Shown: positions 30,434 through 38,052 of the stretch, piece by piece
Layout: each line of letters starts with the position of its first letter
Numbering within the stretch: position 1 is the stretch's first letter
DNA from: Gemmatimonadota bacterium
GTDB lineage: Bacteria > Gemmatimonadota > Gemmatimonadetes > Gemmatimonadales > Gemmatimonadaceae
Length of the DNA: 38,052 nt
Assembly (NCBI GenBank): GCA_031372565.1
Contig: JANMLN010000112.1
Location: 1 to 38,052, forward strand
Reading direction: 5' to 3'
Translations under genes and position numbers: made by a program
Notes under the pieces: model-generated
Database searches by the model: none
What the model saw: only the letters and a program-made list of their open reading frames with translations
What the model was told of the DNA's origin: nothing

Positions 30434-31210
30434 ATGACGCCTCGCCCTGTGCAGCTCGTGGTGCACTACGACGGGGCGGGGTTCGCCGGTTGGCAGGTGC
30501 AGCCCGGCCAACGGACGGTGCAAGGGGTGATCGAGGCCGCCATGGAGCGCCTGACACAAGCCCCCATGCGGGTTCAGGGGGCCGGCCGCACCGATGCTGG
30601 CGTCCACGCACGAGGACAAGCGGTTGGGGTGAAGGTGGCCGAGCGCTGGGCGCCGACCGAACTCCGCCGGGCCCTCAACGCGATCCTGCCGCACGACGTC
30701 TGGGTCGCCGCGGCGTTCGAGATGAAGCCGGAGTTCCATGCCCGATACAGCGCCACCGCTCGTCGCTATTCCTATCGCATCGCCGCGGGTCCCGACGCGG
30801 CGTCACCCTTCCGCCGCCGCTGGTCATGGGATGTGCAGCGGGAGTTGGACGTGACCCTGCTCCAAGAGTGCGCCCTCACCATTCGCGGTGAGCATGCGTT
30901 CTTCGGCTTCGCGGTCCGCGGTACGGCCCCGGCGACCGATGACCATCGATGTCTGGTGACGGAGGCCTCGTGGACCGCACGGGATGATGGCTACGTATTC
31001 GACGTGACCGCGAACCGATTTCTGCATCACATGGTGCGCTTTCTGGTCGGCACGATGGTGGCGGTGGCGTCTGGGCGCCGCCCGATCGAGGACGTGCCGG
31101 GGTTGCTGTTGGCGTCCACCAACGATGACGTATCCCCGCCGGCCCCGCCGCACGCCCTGTTCCTCGAACAGGTGACGTATCCGAGCGACCTCTACCTTGC
31201 CCCTGCATGA
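30434..31210 (+). CDS. truA: tRNA pseudouridine(38-40) synthase TruA
   Basis: YDGAGFAGWQ.QP..RTVQ, GRTDAGVHA, FHARYSA..RRY.Y, FLHHMVR. Confidence 0.95.
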   Translation: MTPRPVQLVVHYDGAGFAGWQVQPGQRTVQGVIEAAMERLTQAPMRVQGAGRTDAGVHARGQAVGVKVAERWAPTELRRALNAILPHDVWVAAAFEMKPEFHARYSATARRYSYRIAAGPDAASPFRRRWSWDVQRELDVTLLQECALTIRGEHAFFGFAVRGTAPATDDHRCLVTEASWTARDDGYVFDVTANRFLHHMVRFLVGTMVAVASGRRPIEDVPGLLLASTNDDVSPPAPPHALFLEQVTYPSDLYLAPA

Positions 31211-31869
31211 AGCTGCTGGTTGCGTCCGCTGACTTGGCCGAGATCGCCGCGCTTTGCGACGCGGGACTCGCCGATGGTGTCTACACCACCCCGGGCCTGC
31301 TCGCCGCCGCCGGTCCGGGCGGCGATCCCTTCACGCGGCTCGACGAGCTGTGCCGGCTGGCCAATCGGCCGGTGTACGCGATGGTGGGAGCCGCCACGAC
31401 CAGCGATCTGATCCGGGACGGGCGCGACTTGGCGCGGCTCTCCGACCATATCGTCGTTCGCATACCGTTCGTCGAGGACGCGGTCCCGGCCATCCGGCGG
31501 CTGTCGGCCGAAGGCGTGCGCGTGTGCGCCACCTTCGTGTTCAACGCGGCGCAGGCGCTGCTGGCGGCCAAGGCGGGCGCCAAGGCTGTCTCGCTGCAGA
31601 TCGACGCGCTGGAAGCGCATGGCGAGGATGGCGCGGCGGTGCTCGGCGGGATTCACGCACTCTTTGCGCGCTATCAGATCCCGTGTGACGTGGTCGCCGT
31701 GCCAGTGACCACGCCGGCGCGACTGCTCGCGCTGGCGAGCGCGGGTGCGGACGTGGGCGCCGTGAGCGCGCCGGACCTGCGCGCCATGCTCCTCCATCCG
31801 CTCACCGACCGCGGCATGGACCAGCACTTGAGCGAGATCGCGCGACAGCGTTCGGGAGGGGGGGCGTGA
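31207..31869 (+). CDS. Transaldolase/fructose-6-phosphate aldolase family protein with degenerate active site
   Basis: Length 220 aa and scaffold motifs (DGVYTTP, IVVRIP, QALLAAKAGA, AGAD, HPLTDRGMDQ) match small TalC/FSA proteins, but catalytic residues are substituted. Confidence 0.8.
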   Translation: MKLLVASADLAEIAALCDAGLADGVYTTPGLLAAAGPGGDPFTRLDELCRLANRPVYAMVGAATTSDLIRDGRDLARLSDHIVVRIPFVEDAVPAIRRLSAEGVRVCATFVFNAAQALLAAKAGAKAVSLQIDALEAHGEDGAAVLGGIHALFARYQIPCDVVAVPVTTPARLLALASAGADVGAVSAPDLRAMLLHPLTDRGMDQHLSEIARQRSGGGA

Positions 31870-33272
31870 GCGTTCGGTCCCTGCTCCTCGTCGGCATGCT
31901 CGGTGCGTGCGGCGGTGGTGATTCCGCCTCGCTCGCAGGTGGTGGACTCGCCGTGCCCTCCGCCACGGCGCAGGGCGCGCTGCCGACCACCTCGCCGCGC
32001 CGCACCGTGATCACGGACGCGGTACAGAAGATCGCGCCGGCAGTGGTGACCGTGCAGACGGAGGTTGTCGAGCGCGCGCCCATCGACCCCTTCGAGCGGT
32101 TCTTCGGCGGCCGAAGCGGCGAGCGATCGAGCTCCGGAATCGGCTCGGGGTTCATCACGCGGTCGGATGGCATCATCGTCACGAACGCGCACGTGATCGC
32201 GGGCTCCACGAAGGTGTCGGTCGCCCTGCGCGATGGCCAGACGTACCAGGCCCGCGTCCTCGGTTCGGACGAAGTGAACGACCTCGCGGTCCTCAAGATC
32301 GATGCGCGCAATCTTCCCACCGTGAAGATGGGGACGAGCGATGACCTGCTCGTCGGCGAGTGGGTCATCGCCATCGGCAATCCGTACGGCTTCCTGCTCG
32401 GCAACACGGAACCAAGCGTCACGACGGGCGTCGTCAGCGGCGTGGGTCGCAATCTGGTGGGTCAGGGTCAGGGCAGCGGCGTGTACGTCGACATGATCCA
32501 GACCGATGCGGCCATCAACCCCGGCAACTCCGGTGGACCCTTGGTGAACGCCAACGGCGAAGTGATCGGGGTGAACTCCTCGATCTACTCGCCGACGGGA
32601 TCGTCCATCGGGCTTGGCTTCGCCATTCCGATCAATCGCGCGAAGCGAGTCACCGAGGATCTGCTCGAGCACGGCGCGGTGCGCCGTCCGTGGGTGGGGA
32701 TCAAGCCGGCGATTGCGGCGCAGGCCGAGGGGGCGCGCGCGGGACTGACGCGCGGCTTCACCGTGCAGACGGTGGTCCCGGGGTCACCCGCGGCCAAGGC
32801 AGGGATTCGCGCGGGCGACCTCATCGTGAAGTCGCGCGCACGCTCGCTGCGCAACGCCTACGACTGGGATGCCGAGCTGCTCGAGCTGCGGGCCGGCGAG
32901 AAGATGACCGTGATCGTGCGACGCGAGGGGCGCGACATGCCCATCACGCTGACGGTCGCCGACCTGCCCGAGATCAGCGCACCCAAGGTGCAGGTGCTGC
33001 GCGAGCTGGAACTCGTGACGCTCACCCCGGCGATCCGCACGGAGCGCGGCATCCGCAGCGCGCGCGGCGCGGTGGTGTTCAAGGTGTCGGATCGCGTCGC
33101 CGAGGAGCTGGGATTGCAGCCGGGCGATGTCATCGTGCAGATCAACCGGACGTCGATCGAGGACGCATCGGCGGTCGAAAAGGCGATCACGTCACTCGGG
33201 GGCCGCGGCGCCTTGCGGCTCTTCTTCGAGCGCGGCGGCCAGGTTTTCTCCTCCGACTTCATGGTGCGATGA
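31866..33272 (+). CDS. HtrA/DegP-family serine protease with two PDZ domains, probable lipoprotein
   Basis: GSGF, TNAHV, DLAVLK, IQTDAAINPGNSGG triad; PGSPAAKAGIRAGD and GLQPGDVI PDZ motifs; N-terminal LLLVGMLGA-C lipobox. Confidence 0.93.
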   Translation: MSVRSLLLVGMLGACGGGDSASLAGGGLAVPSATAQGALPTTSPRRTVITDAVQKIAPAVVTVQTEVVERAPIDPFERFFGGRSGERSSSGIGSGFITRSDGIIVTNAHVIAGSTKVSVALRDGQTYQARVLGSDEVNDLAVLKIDARNLPTVKMGTSDDLLVGEWVIAIGNPYGFLLGNTEPSVTTGVVSGVGRNLVGQGQGSGVYVDMIQTDAAINPGNSGGPLVNANGEVIGVNSSIYSPTGSSIGLGFAIPINRAKRVTEDLLEHGAVRRPWVGIKPAIAAQAEGARAGLTRGFTVQTVVPGSPAAKAGIRAGDLIVKSRARSLRNAYDWDAELLELRAGEKMTVIVRREGRDMPITLTVADLPEISAPKVQVLRELELVTLTPAIRTERGIRSARGAVVFKVSDRVAEELGLQPGDVIVQINRTSIEDASAVEKAITSLGGRGALRLFFERGGQVFSSDFMVR

Positions 33273-34696
33273 GCGCGCAGTGGACTTCCCCGCTCTCCGA
33301 GCGGTACGCATCGAAGGCGATGCTCGAGCTCTGGTCGCCGGCGTTGCGGCACGGACTCTGGCGTCGCCTCTGGCTGGCGCTCGCGGAAGCCGAGCAGGAG
33401 CTCGGCGTCGCGATCCCGGACGAGGCGATCGCGCAGATGCGCGCACATCTGGACGACGTGGACTTCGAGGCGGCCGCACGGTACGAGAAGCGGTTTCGCC
33501 ACGACGTGATGGCGCACGTGCATGTCTTTGGTGATGCGGCGCCGGCGGCCAAGGCGTTCATCCATCTCGGTGCGACCAGCGCGTTCGTCACGGACAACGC
33601 CGACCTGATCCAGATGCGGCGCGGGCTGGTCCTGCTGCGCGACAAGGTGGCCGACGCGCTCAAGGCCCTCGGCGGCTTTGCCCGCGAGTGGCGCCATGAG
33701 CCGTGCCTGGGATACACGCACCTCCAGCCGGCCCAGTGCACCACGGTGGGCAAGCGCGCGGCACTCTGGATGCAGGACCTGCTGCTCGACCTCGATGATC
33801 TGGAGCACCGGATCGCGACGCTGCCCTTCCGCGGGGTCAAGGGCACGACGGGGACGCAGGCGAGCTTCCTCGAACTGTTCCACGGGGACCACGCGAAGGT
33901 GCGCGAACTCGATCGCCGGGTGTGCGCCAAGCTGGGGTTCAGCGAGTCGATTCCGGTGAGCGGGCAGACTTACTCGCGCAAAGTCGATGCCCAGGTGCTC
34001 GGCGTGGTGGCGGGGATCGCGGCGAGTGCGGCCAAGCTGGCGTCCGACCTGCGGGTGCTGCAGGCATTCGGCGAGATCGAGGAGCCGTTCGAGAAGGAGC
34101 AGATCGGGTCGAGCGCGATGGCGTACAAGCGCAATCCGATGCGCAGCGAGCGGATCAATGCCCTCGCGCGCTTCGTGCTCTCGCTCGAGCCCAACGCGAA
34201 CCAGACCCACAGCGTGCAGTTCTTCGAGCGCACGCTCGACGATTCGGCCAATCGCCGACTGGTCATTCCCGAGAGCTTCCTCGCCACCGACGCCATCCTC
34301 GTGCTGGTGGGCAACATCGTCCGCGGTCTCGAGGTGCACCCGGCCCGCATCCGCCGCCGCCTGATGGACGAGCTTCCATTCATGGCGACCGAGGAGCTGA
34401 TCGTGCGCGCCGTGCGCGCCGGCGGTGATCGGCAGGTGGTGCACGAGATCATTCGCCGTCACGCGATCGAGGCGGCGCGGGCGATGAAGGACGAGGGCAC
34501 GCCGAATGACCTGCTGGAGCGGCTCGCGAAGGACGCGGAGCTGCAGGTGAGCGTGACCGATCTGGCCGCCGTGCTCGATCCCAAGCGGTTCGTGGGCCGC
34601 GCGCCCGATCAGGTCGAGGAGTTCCTCGCGGAGGCGGTGCAACCACGCCTGGCGCGGCTCACCACCGTGATCGAGCCCGAAGAGGTGCGCGTCTGA
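33269..34696 (+). CDS. purB: Adenylosuccinate lyase
   Basis: [55 protein letters not shown]. Confidence 0.95.
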   Translation: MSAQWTSPLSERYASKAMLELWSPALRHGLWRRLWLALAEAEQELGVAIPDEAIAQMRAHLDDVDFEAAARYEKRFRHDVMAHVHVFGDAAPAAKAFIHLGATSAFVTDNADLIQMRRGLVLLRDKVADALKALGGFAREWRHEPCLGYTHLQPAQCTTVGKRAALWMQDLLLDLDDLEHRIATLPFRGVKGTTGTQASFLELFHGDHAKVRELDRRVCAKLGFSESIPVSGQTYSRKVDAQVLGVVAGIAASAAKLASDLRVLQAFGEIEEPFEKEQIGSSAMAYKRNPMRSERINALARFVLSLEPNANQTHSVQFFERTLDDSANRRLVIPESFLATDAILVLVGNIVRGLEVHPARIRRRLMDELPFMATEELIVRAVRAGGDRQVVHEIIRRHAIEAARAMKDEGTPNDLLERLAKDAELQVSVTDLAAVLDPKRFVGRAPDQVEEFLAEAVQPRLARLTTVIEPEEVRV

Positions 34697-35616
34697 TGGC
34701 GATCGCCACGACGGCGCTTCCCCTCCCGCTGGAACGGCGGGGCAAGGTGCGGGACGTCTACCGCGTGAACGACGCGCAGCTCCTGCTCGTCGCGACCGAT
34801 CGCGTGAGCGCGTTCGACGTGGTGATGCGCGAGGTGATTCCCTTCAAGGGCGCGGTGCTGACGCAGGTGACGGCCTGGTGGCTGTCGCAGTTCGAGGGTC
34901 AGGTCGCGCACCACCTGCTGAGCGCCGACGCCGATGCGATTGCGCGCGAGGTCCCGGCGCTGGACGCGCACCGTGATCTGCTGCGCGGCCGCGCGATGCT
35001 CTGCCACAGGACGACCGTCTTTCCGGTGGAATGCGTCATCCGCGGGTATATCGCCGGCTCCGCGTGGAAGGAGTATCAGGCGAGCGGCACGTTGGCCGGC
35101 GAGCCGATGCCGGCGGGATTGACGGAGAGCGCCCGCCTCGATGATCCGATCTTCAGCCCGGCGACCAAGGCCGAGACCGGACACGACGAGAACATCACGA
35201 TCGCCCAGATGCGCACCATCGTGGGCGAGGCCACCGCCACGGAGCTCGAGCGCCTGACGCGCCTCATCTATGGTCGCGGCCGCGAGATCGTGGCCGCGCG
35301 AGGCATCCTGATCGCCGATACCAAGTTCGAGTTCGGACATGATGGCGAGCGCATTCGCCTCATCGATGAGGTCATGACCCCCGACAGTTCGCGCTTCTGG
35401 CCGGCCGACGGCTACGCGCCCGGGCGGTCGCAGCCCTCGTTCGACAAGCAGCCGCTGCGGGACTGGCTCGACGCCGAACGGCGCGCGGGCCGCTGGAACG
35501 GCGATGCGCCCCCGCCGACACTTCCCTCCGAGGTGGTGCAGGCCACGTCGGCTCGCTATCTCGACGCATACCGGCGCGTGACCGGTCACGCACTGGACCT
35601 TGGAGGACTGACCTGA
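34696..35616 (+). CDS. purC: SAICAR synthase
   Basis: [48 protein letters not shown]. Confidence 0.96.
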   Translation: MAIATTALPLPLERRGKVRDVYRVNDAQLLLVATDRVSAFDVVMREVIPFKGAVLTQVTAWWLSQFEGQVAHHLLSADADAIAREVPALDAHRDLLRGRAMLCHRTTVFPVECVIRGYIAGSAWKEYQASGTLAGEPMPAGLTESARLDDPIFSPATKAETGHDENITIAQMRTIVGEATATELERLTRLIYGRGREIVAARGILIADTKFEFGHDGERIRLIDEVMTPDSSRFWPADGYAPGRSQPSFDKQPLRDWLDAERRAGRWNGDAPPPTLPSEVVQATSARYLDAYRRVTGHALDLGGLT

Positions 35617-36260
35617 TGGTTGCTCGTGAAGGCATTCCGTTCATCCTCATCGCGGCCGCGATCGAAGCGCTGGCGCTCCTGGCGCTGGTCATGCGTCCGG
35701 GCGGCTTCACGGCGGTCACCGCCCTCATCTGCGCCGTCCTCACCGTCTGGGTGATCTGGTTCTTCCGCGATCCGGAACGGACCGGACCACGCGGCGCGAC
35801 GGTCGTCATCGCTCCTGCGGACGGACGCGTCGTCCAGGTCATGGAAGTCGACGAACCGGCGTACATGGGCGGTCGCGCGATTCGCGTGGCCATCTTCATG
35901 AATGTCTTCAACGTGCACGTGAATCGGTATCCGGTGTCGGGGCGCGTCGCCTATCGCCATTACAATCCCGGCAAGTTCATCAACGCGGCCGAGGACAAGG
36001 CGAGCCTCGACAACGAGCAGGCATCGGTGGGCATCGAGACCGGTGGCCGCAAGGTGCTCGTGCGGCAGATCGCCGGCTTGATCGCGCGGCGCATCATCAC
36101 CTATTCGAAGGAAGGTGACGCCGCCACGCAGGGCGATCGCTTCGGCATCATCCGGTTCGGCTCGCGTGTGGACGTCTACCTCCCGCTCGGCACCGACGTG
36201 AAGGTGAAGGTTGGCGAGACGACATCGGCCGGAACCACCTTGCTCGCGGAGTTCCGGTGA
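35616..36260 (+). CDS. psd: Phosphatidylserine decarboxylase proenzyme (short type)
   Basis: FFRDPER, APADG, IFMNVFNVHVNR, QIAGLIARRI, RFGSRVD autocleavage site. Confidence 0.94.
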   Translation: MVAREGIPFILIAAAIEALALLALVMRPGGFTAVTALICAVLTVWVIWFFRDPERTGPRGATVVIAPADGRVVQVMEVDEPAYMGGRAIRVAIFMNVFNVHVNRYPVSGRVAYRHYNPGKFINAAEDKASLDNEQASVGIETGGRKVLVRQIAGLIARRIITYSKEGDAATQGDRFGIIRFGSRVDVYLPLGTDVKVKVGETTSAGTTLLAEFR

Positions 36261-37156
36261 ACGACGTCCCGCACCGTCCCGGCGTCCGGCGCGCGGTCGT
36301 GCTGCTGCCGAACGGGTTCACGCTGCTGAACCTGTTCTTCGGCATCTTTGCGATCGTGGCAGCGGCGCGGGGCGAGTATGTGGATGCCGGGCAGTACATC
36401 GTGTGGGGCGGCATGGCCGATGCGCTCGACGGTCGCGTGGCGCGTGCGACGCGAAGCGGCACCCGGTTCGGTTCGGAACTGGATTCGCTGGTCGACGCCA
36501 TCTCGTTCGGCCTCGCGCCGGCGATGATCATGTACTTCGCCGTGCTCAACCGGAGCGGATGGGACTGGATCTTCGTCTGGCTCTACACCGCCTGCGCCGT
36601 GATGCGCCTCGCGCGCTTCAATGTCGAGCAGGCGGGCCGCGCCAAGACCTACTTCCGGGGGCTCCCGAGTCCGGCCGCGGGACTCACGCTGGCCACCTAC
36701 TACTGGTTCAGCCAGACGCCGCTGTACTACAGCACGATCCTCGGTGCGTTGCCGTGGGGCACCGTGCTGCGCTTCCTGATGATCGGGCTCTCGTTCCTGA
36801 TGATCAGCAACGTGCCGTACCTGGCCGTCCCGAGGGTCGGACTCAAGTCGATGCGCGAGATCCTCGGCACGATCGCGCTGCTGGCGTCGATCATTGGCGT
36901 GATCTTCCTGCCCAAGGAGTTCATCTTCCCCGCGTGCGTGGGATATGTGCTGCTCGGATTGGCGAACGCCGCCGTGCTCGGGCTGCTCGACCGTTTGCCC
37001 GGTACCTTCGAGGAGGGCGACGATGCGGAGCGCGGTGATGACGCCGACGCCCTCGAGACCGAGGCGGCGTTCGGGGCGCGTCGTCGTCGTCGTCGCCGTC
37101 GCCCGGCCCGTTCTGCTCCCCCAACCACTTCCACGTCCCCGGAGGACGTCGCGTGA
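36257..37156 (+). CDS. pssA: CDP-diacylglycerol--serine O-phosphatidyltransferase
   Basis: PNGFTLLNL, DALDGRVAR...FGSELDSLVDAISFG (CDP-alcohol motif), RLARFN, FRGLPSP; adjacent to psd. Confidence 0.92.
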   Translation: MNDVPHRPGVRRAVVLLPNGFTLLNLFFGIFAIVAAARGEYVDAGQYIVWGGMADALDGRVARATRSGTRFGSELDSLVDAISFGLAPAMIMYFAVLNRSGWDWIFVWLYTACAVMRLARFNVEQAGRAKTYFRGLPSPAAGLTLATYYWFSQTPLYYSTILGALPWGTVLRFLMIGLSFLMISNVPYLAVPRVGLKSMREILGTIALLASIIGVIFLPKEFIFPACVGYVLLGLANAAVLGLLDRLPGTFEEGDDAERGDDADALETEAAFGARRRRRRRRPARSAPPTTSTSPEDVA

Positions 37157-37410
37157 CCCGTTTTCGCGTTGCCGTGCACATCGTGCCCCGTCGCGGGCTG
37201 CTCGATCCCCAAGGCAAGGCCGTCGCCGACGCGCTGCGCTCCCTGGGCTTTCCGGGCGTCGACGACGTCCATGTGGGCCGTCACCTGGTCGTCGAGGTGC
37301 AAGGGGCCGATGCCGTCGCAGCCGAGGCCTCGGTGCGCGCCATGTGCGCCAAGCTGCTCGCCAACCCGGTCACCGAGGATTTCGAGATCGCGGGAGTGCA
37401 CGCCGCATGA
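37153..37410 (+). CDS. purS: FGAM synthase subunit PurS
   Basis: LLDPQGKAV, LLANPVTEDF; 85 aa immediately upstream of purQ. Confidence 0.93.
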   Translation: MTRFRVAVHIVPRRGLLDPQGKAVADALRSLGFPGVDDVHVGRHLVVEVQGADAVAAEASVRAMCAKLLANPVTEDFEIAGVHAA

Positions 37411-38052
37411 AGATCGGCGTCGTCACCTTTCCGGGGTCCAACTGCGACGAGGATGCCGTCCTCGCGGTGGAGCGCGTCGGCGCGACCCCCATCCGGTTGT
37501 GGCACACGGCGCACGATCTCGAGGGGGCGGACCTGATCATCCTCCCGGGGGGCTTCAGCTACGGCGACTACCTCCGCGCCGGCGCGATCGCCCGGTTCAG
37601 CCCGATCATGCAGGAAGTGGTCGCGCACGCCAAGGCGGGGCGCCCGGTCGTGGGCATCTGCAACGGCTTCCAGATCGCCTGCGAAGCGGGCCTCCTGCCC
37701 GGCGCGCTGCTGCGCAATGACTCGCTCAAGTTCGTGAGCGACACGGTCCGGCTGCGCGTGGAGAACGCCGACACGATGTTCACCAACCGCTACGAGGCGG
37801 GTCAACTGCTCCGCATTCCCGTGGCGCACGGCGACGGCCGCTACACCGCCGACGCGGATGTGCTCGAGCGGCTCGAGGGAGAAGGCCAGGTCGTGTTCCG
37901 CTACGTGAACGCCGCTGGTACCCCGGACGCCGACAGCAATCCGAACGGCGCCATGCACGACATTGCCGGCATCGTGAGCGATCGGGGGCACGTGCTCGGC
38001 ATGATGCCGCATCCCGAGCGTGCGCTCGATCTGGCGCTCGGTTCCACCGACG
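37407..38052 (+). CDS. purQ: FGAM synthase subunit PurQ (partial, runs off window end)
   Basis: Hand translation from ATG 37407: MKIGVVTFPGSNCD...PGGFSYGDYLRAG...GICNGFQ...NPNG...GMMPHPER. Confidence 0.95.
   Translation, partial: MKIGVVTFPGSNCDEDAVLAVERVGATPIRLWHTAHDLEGADLIILPGGFSYGDYLRAGAIARFSPIMQEVVAHAKAGRPVVGICNGFQIACEAGLLPGALLRNDSLKFVSDTVRLRVENADTMFTNRYEAGQLLRIPVAHGDGRYTADADVLERLEGEGQVVFRYVNAAGTPDADSNPNGAMHDIAGIVSDRGHVLGMMPHPERALDLALGSTD

Overview
High-GC bacterial chromosomal window, mostly housekeeping genes; the gene content suggests Gemmatimonadota, but that is inference only. (1) 1-2130 is an accessory patch. The 3' end of an IS21-family element (istB tail plus terminal repeats) cuts into an rhs gene. 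This leaves an Rhs core with an AHH-type nuclease toxin tip and an Imm11/DUF1629-like immunity gene, followed by an IS3-family remnant. (2) 2130-15432 is a long minus-strand, mostly translationally coupled run: aspS, phoH, ybeY, two CBS/CNNM genes, meaB, a B12 acyl-CoA mutase with isobutyryl-CoA-mutase signature residues, a SAM methyltransferase, the B12-binding subunit, a carboxyltransferase, a split AtuA pair and a small membrane ORF. (3) rlmN and a membrane protein on the plus strand. (4) A trp operon with signalling genes inside it: trpC-trpF-trpB-HEAT protein-HD-GYP-trpA-GAF chemoreceptor-YqeK. It is divergent from lexA and a VOC gene, and a GAF-only protein sits in front of trpD. (5) A plus-strand operon: truA, a degenerate transaldolase, DegP-like protease, purB, purC, psd, pssA, purS and partial purQ. 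The most notable signals are a HEAT protein and HD-GYP protein that share an unnamed N-terminal 'LYP' domain between trpB and trpA, a transaldolase lacking its catalytic residues, a candidate TTCGG-N6-TTCGG LexA box, an ICM-type mutase linked to AtuA, and a premature amber stop in aspS. All calls come from motif reading by eye; no database search was run.
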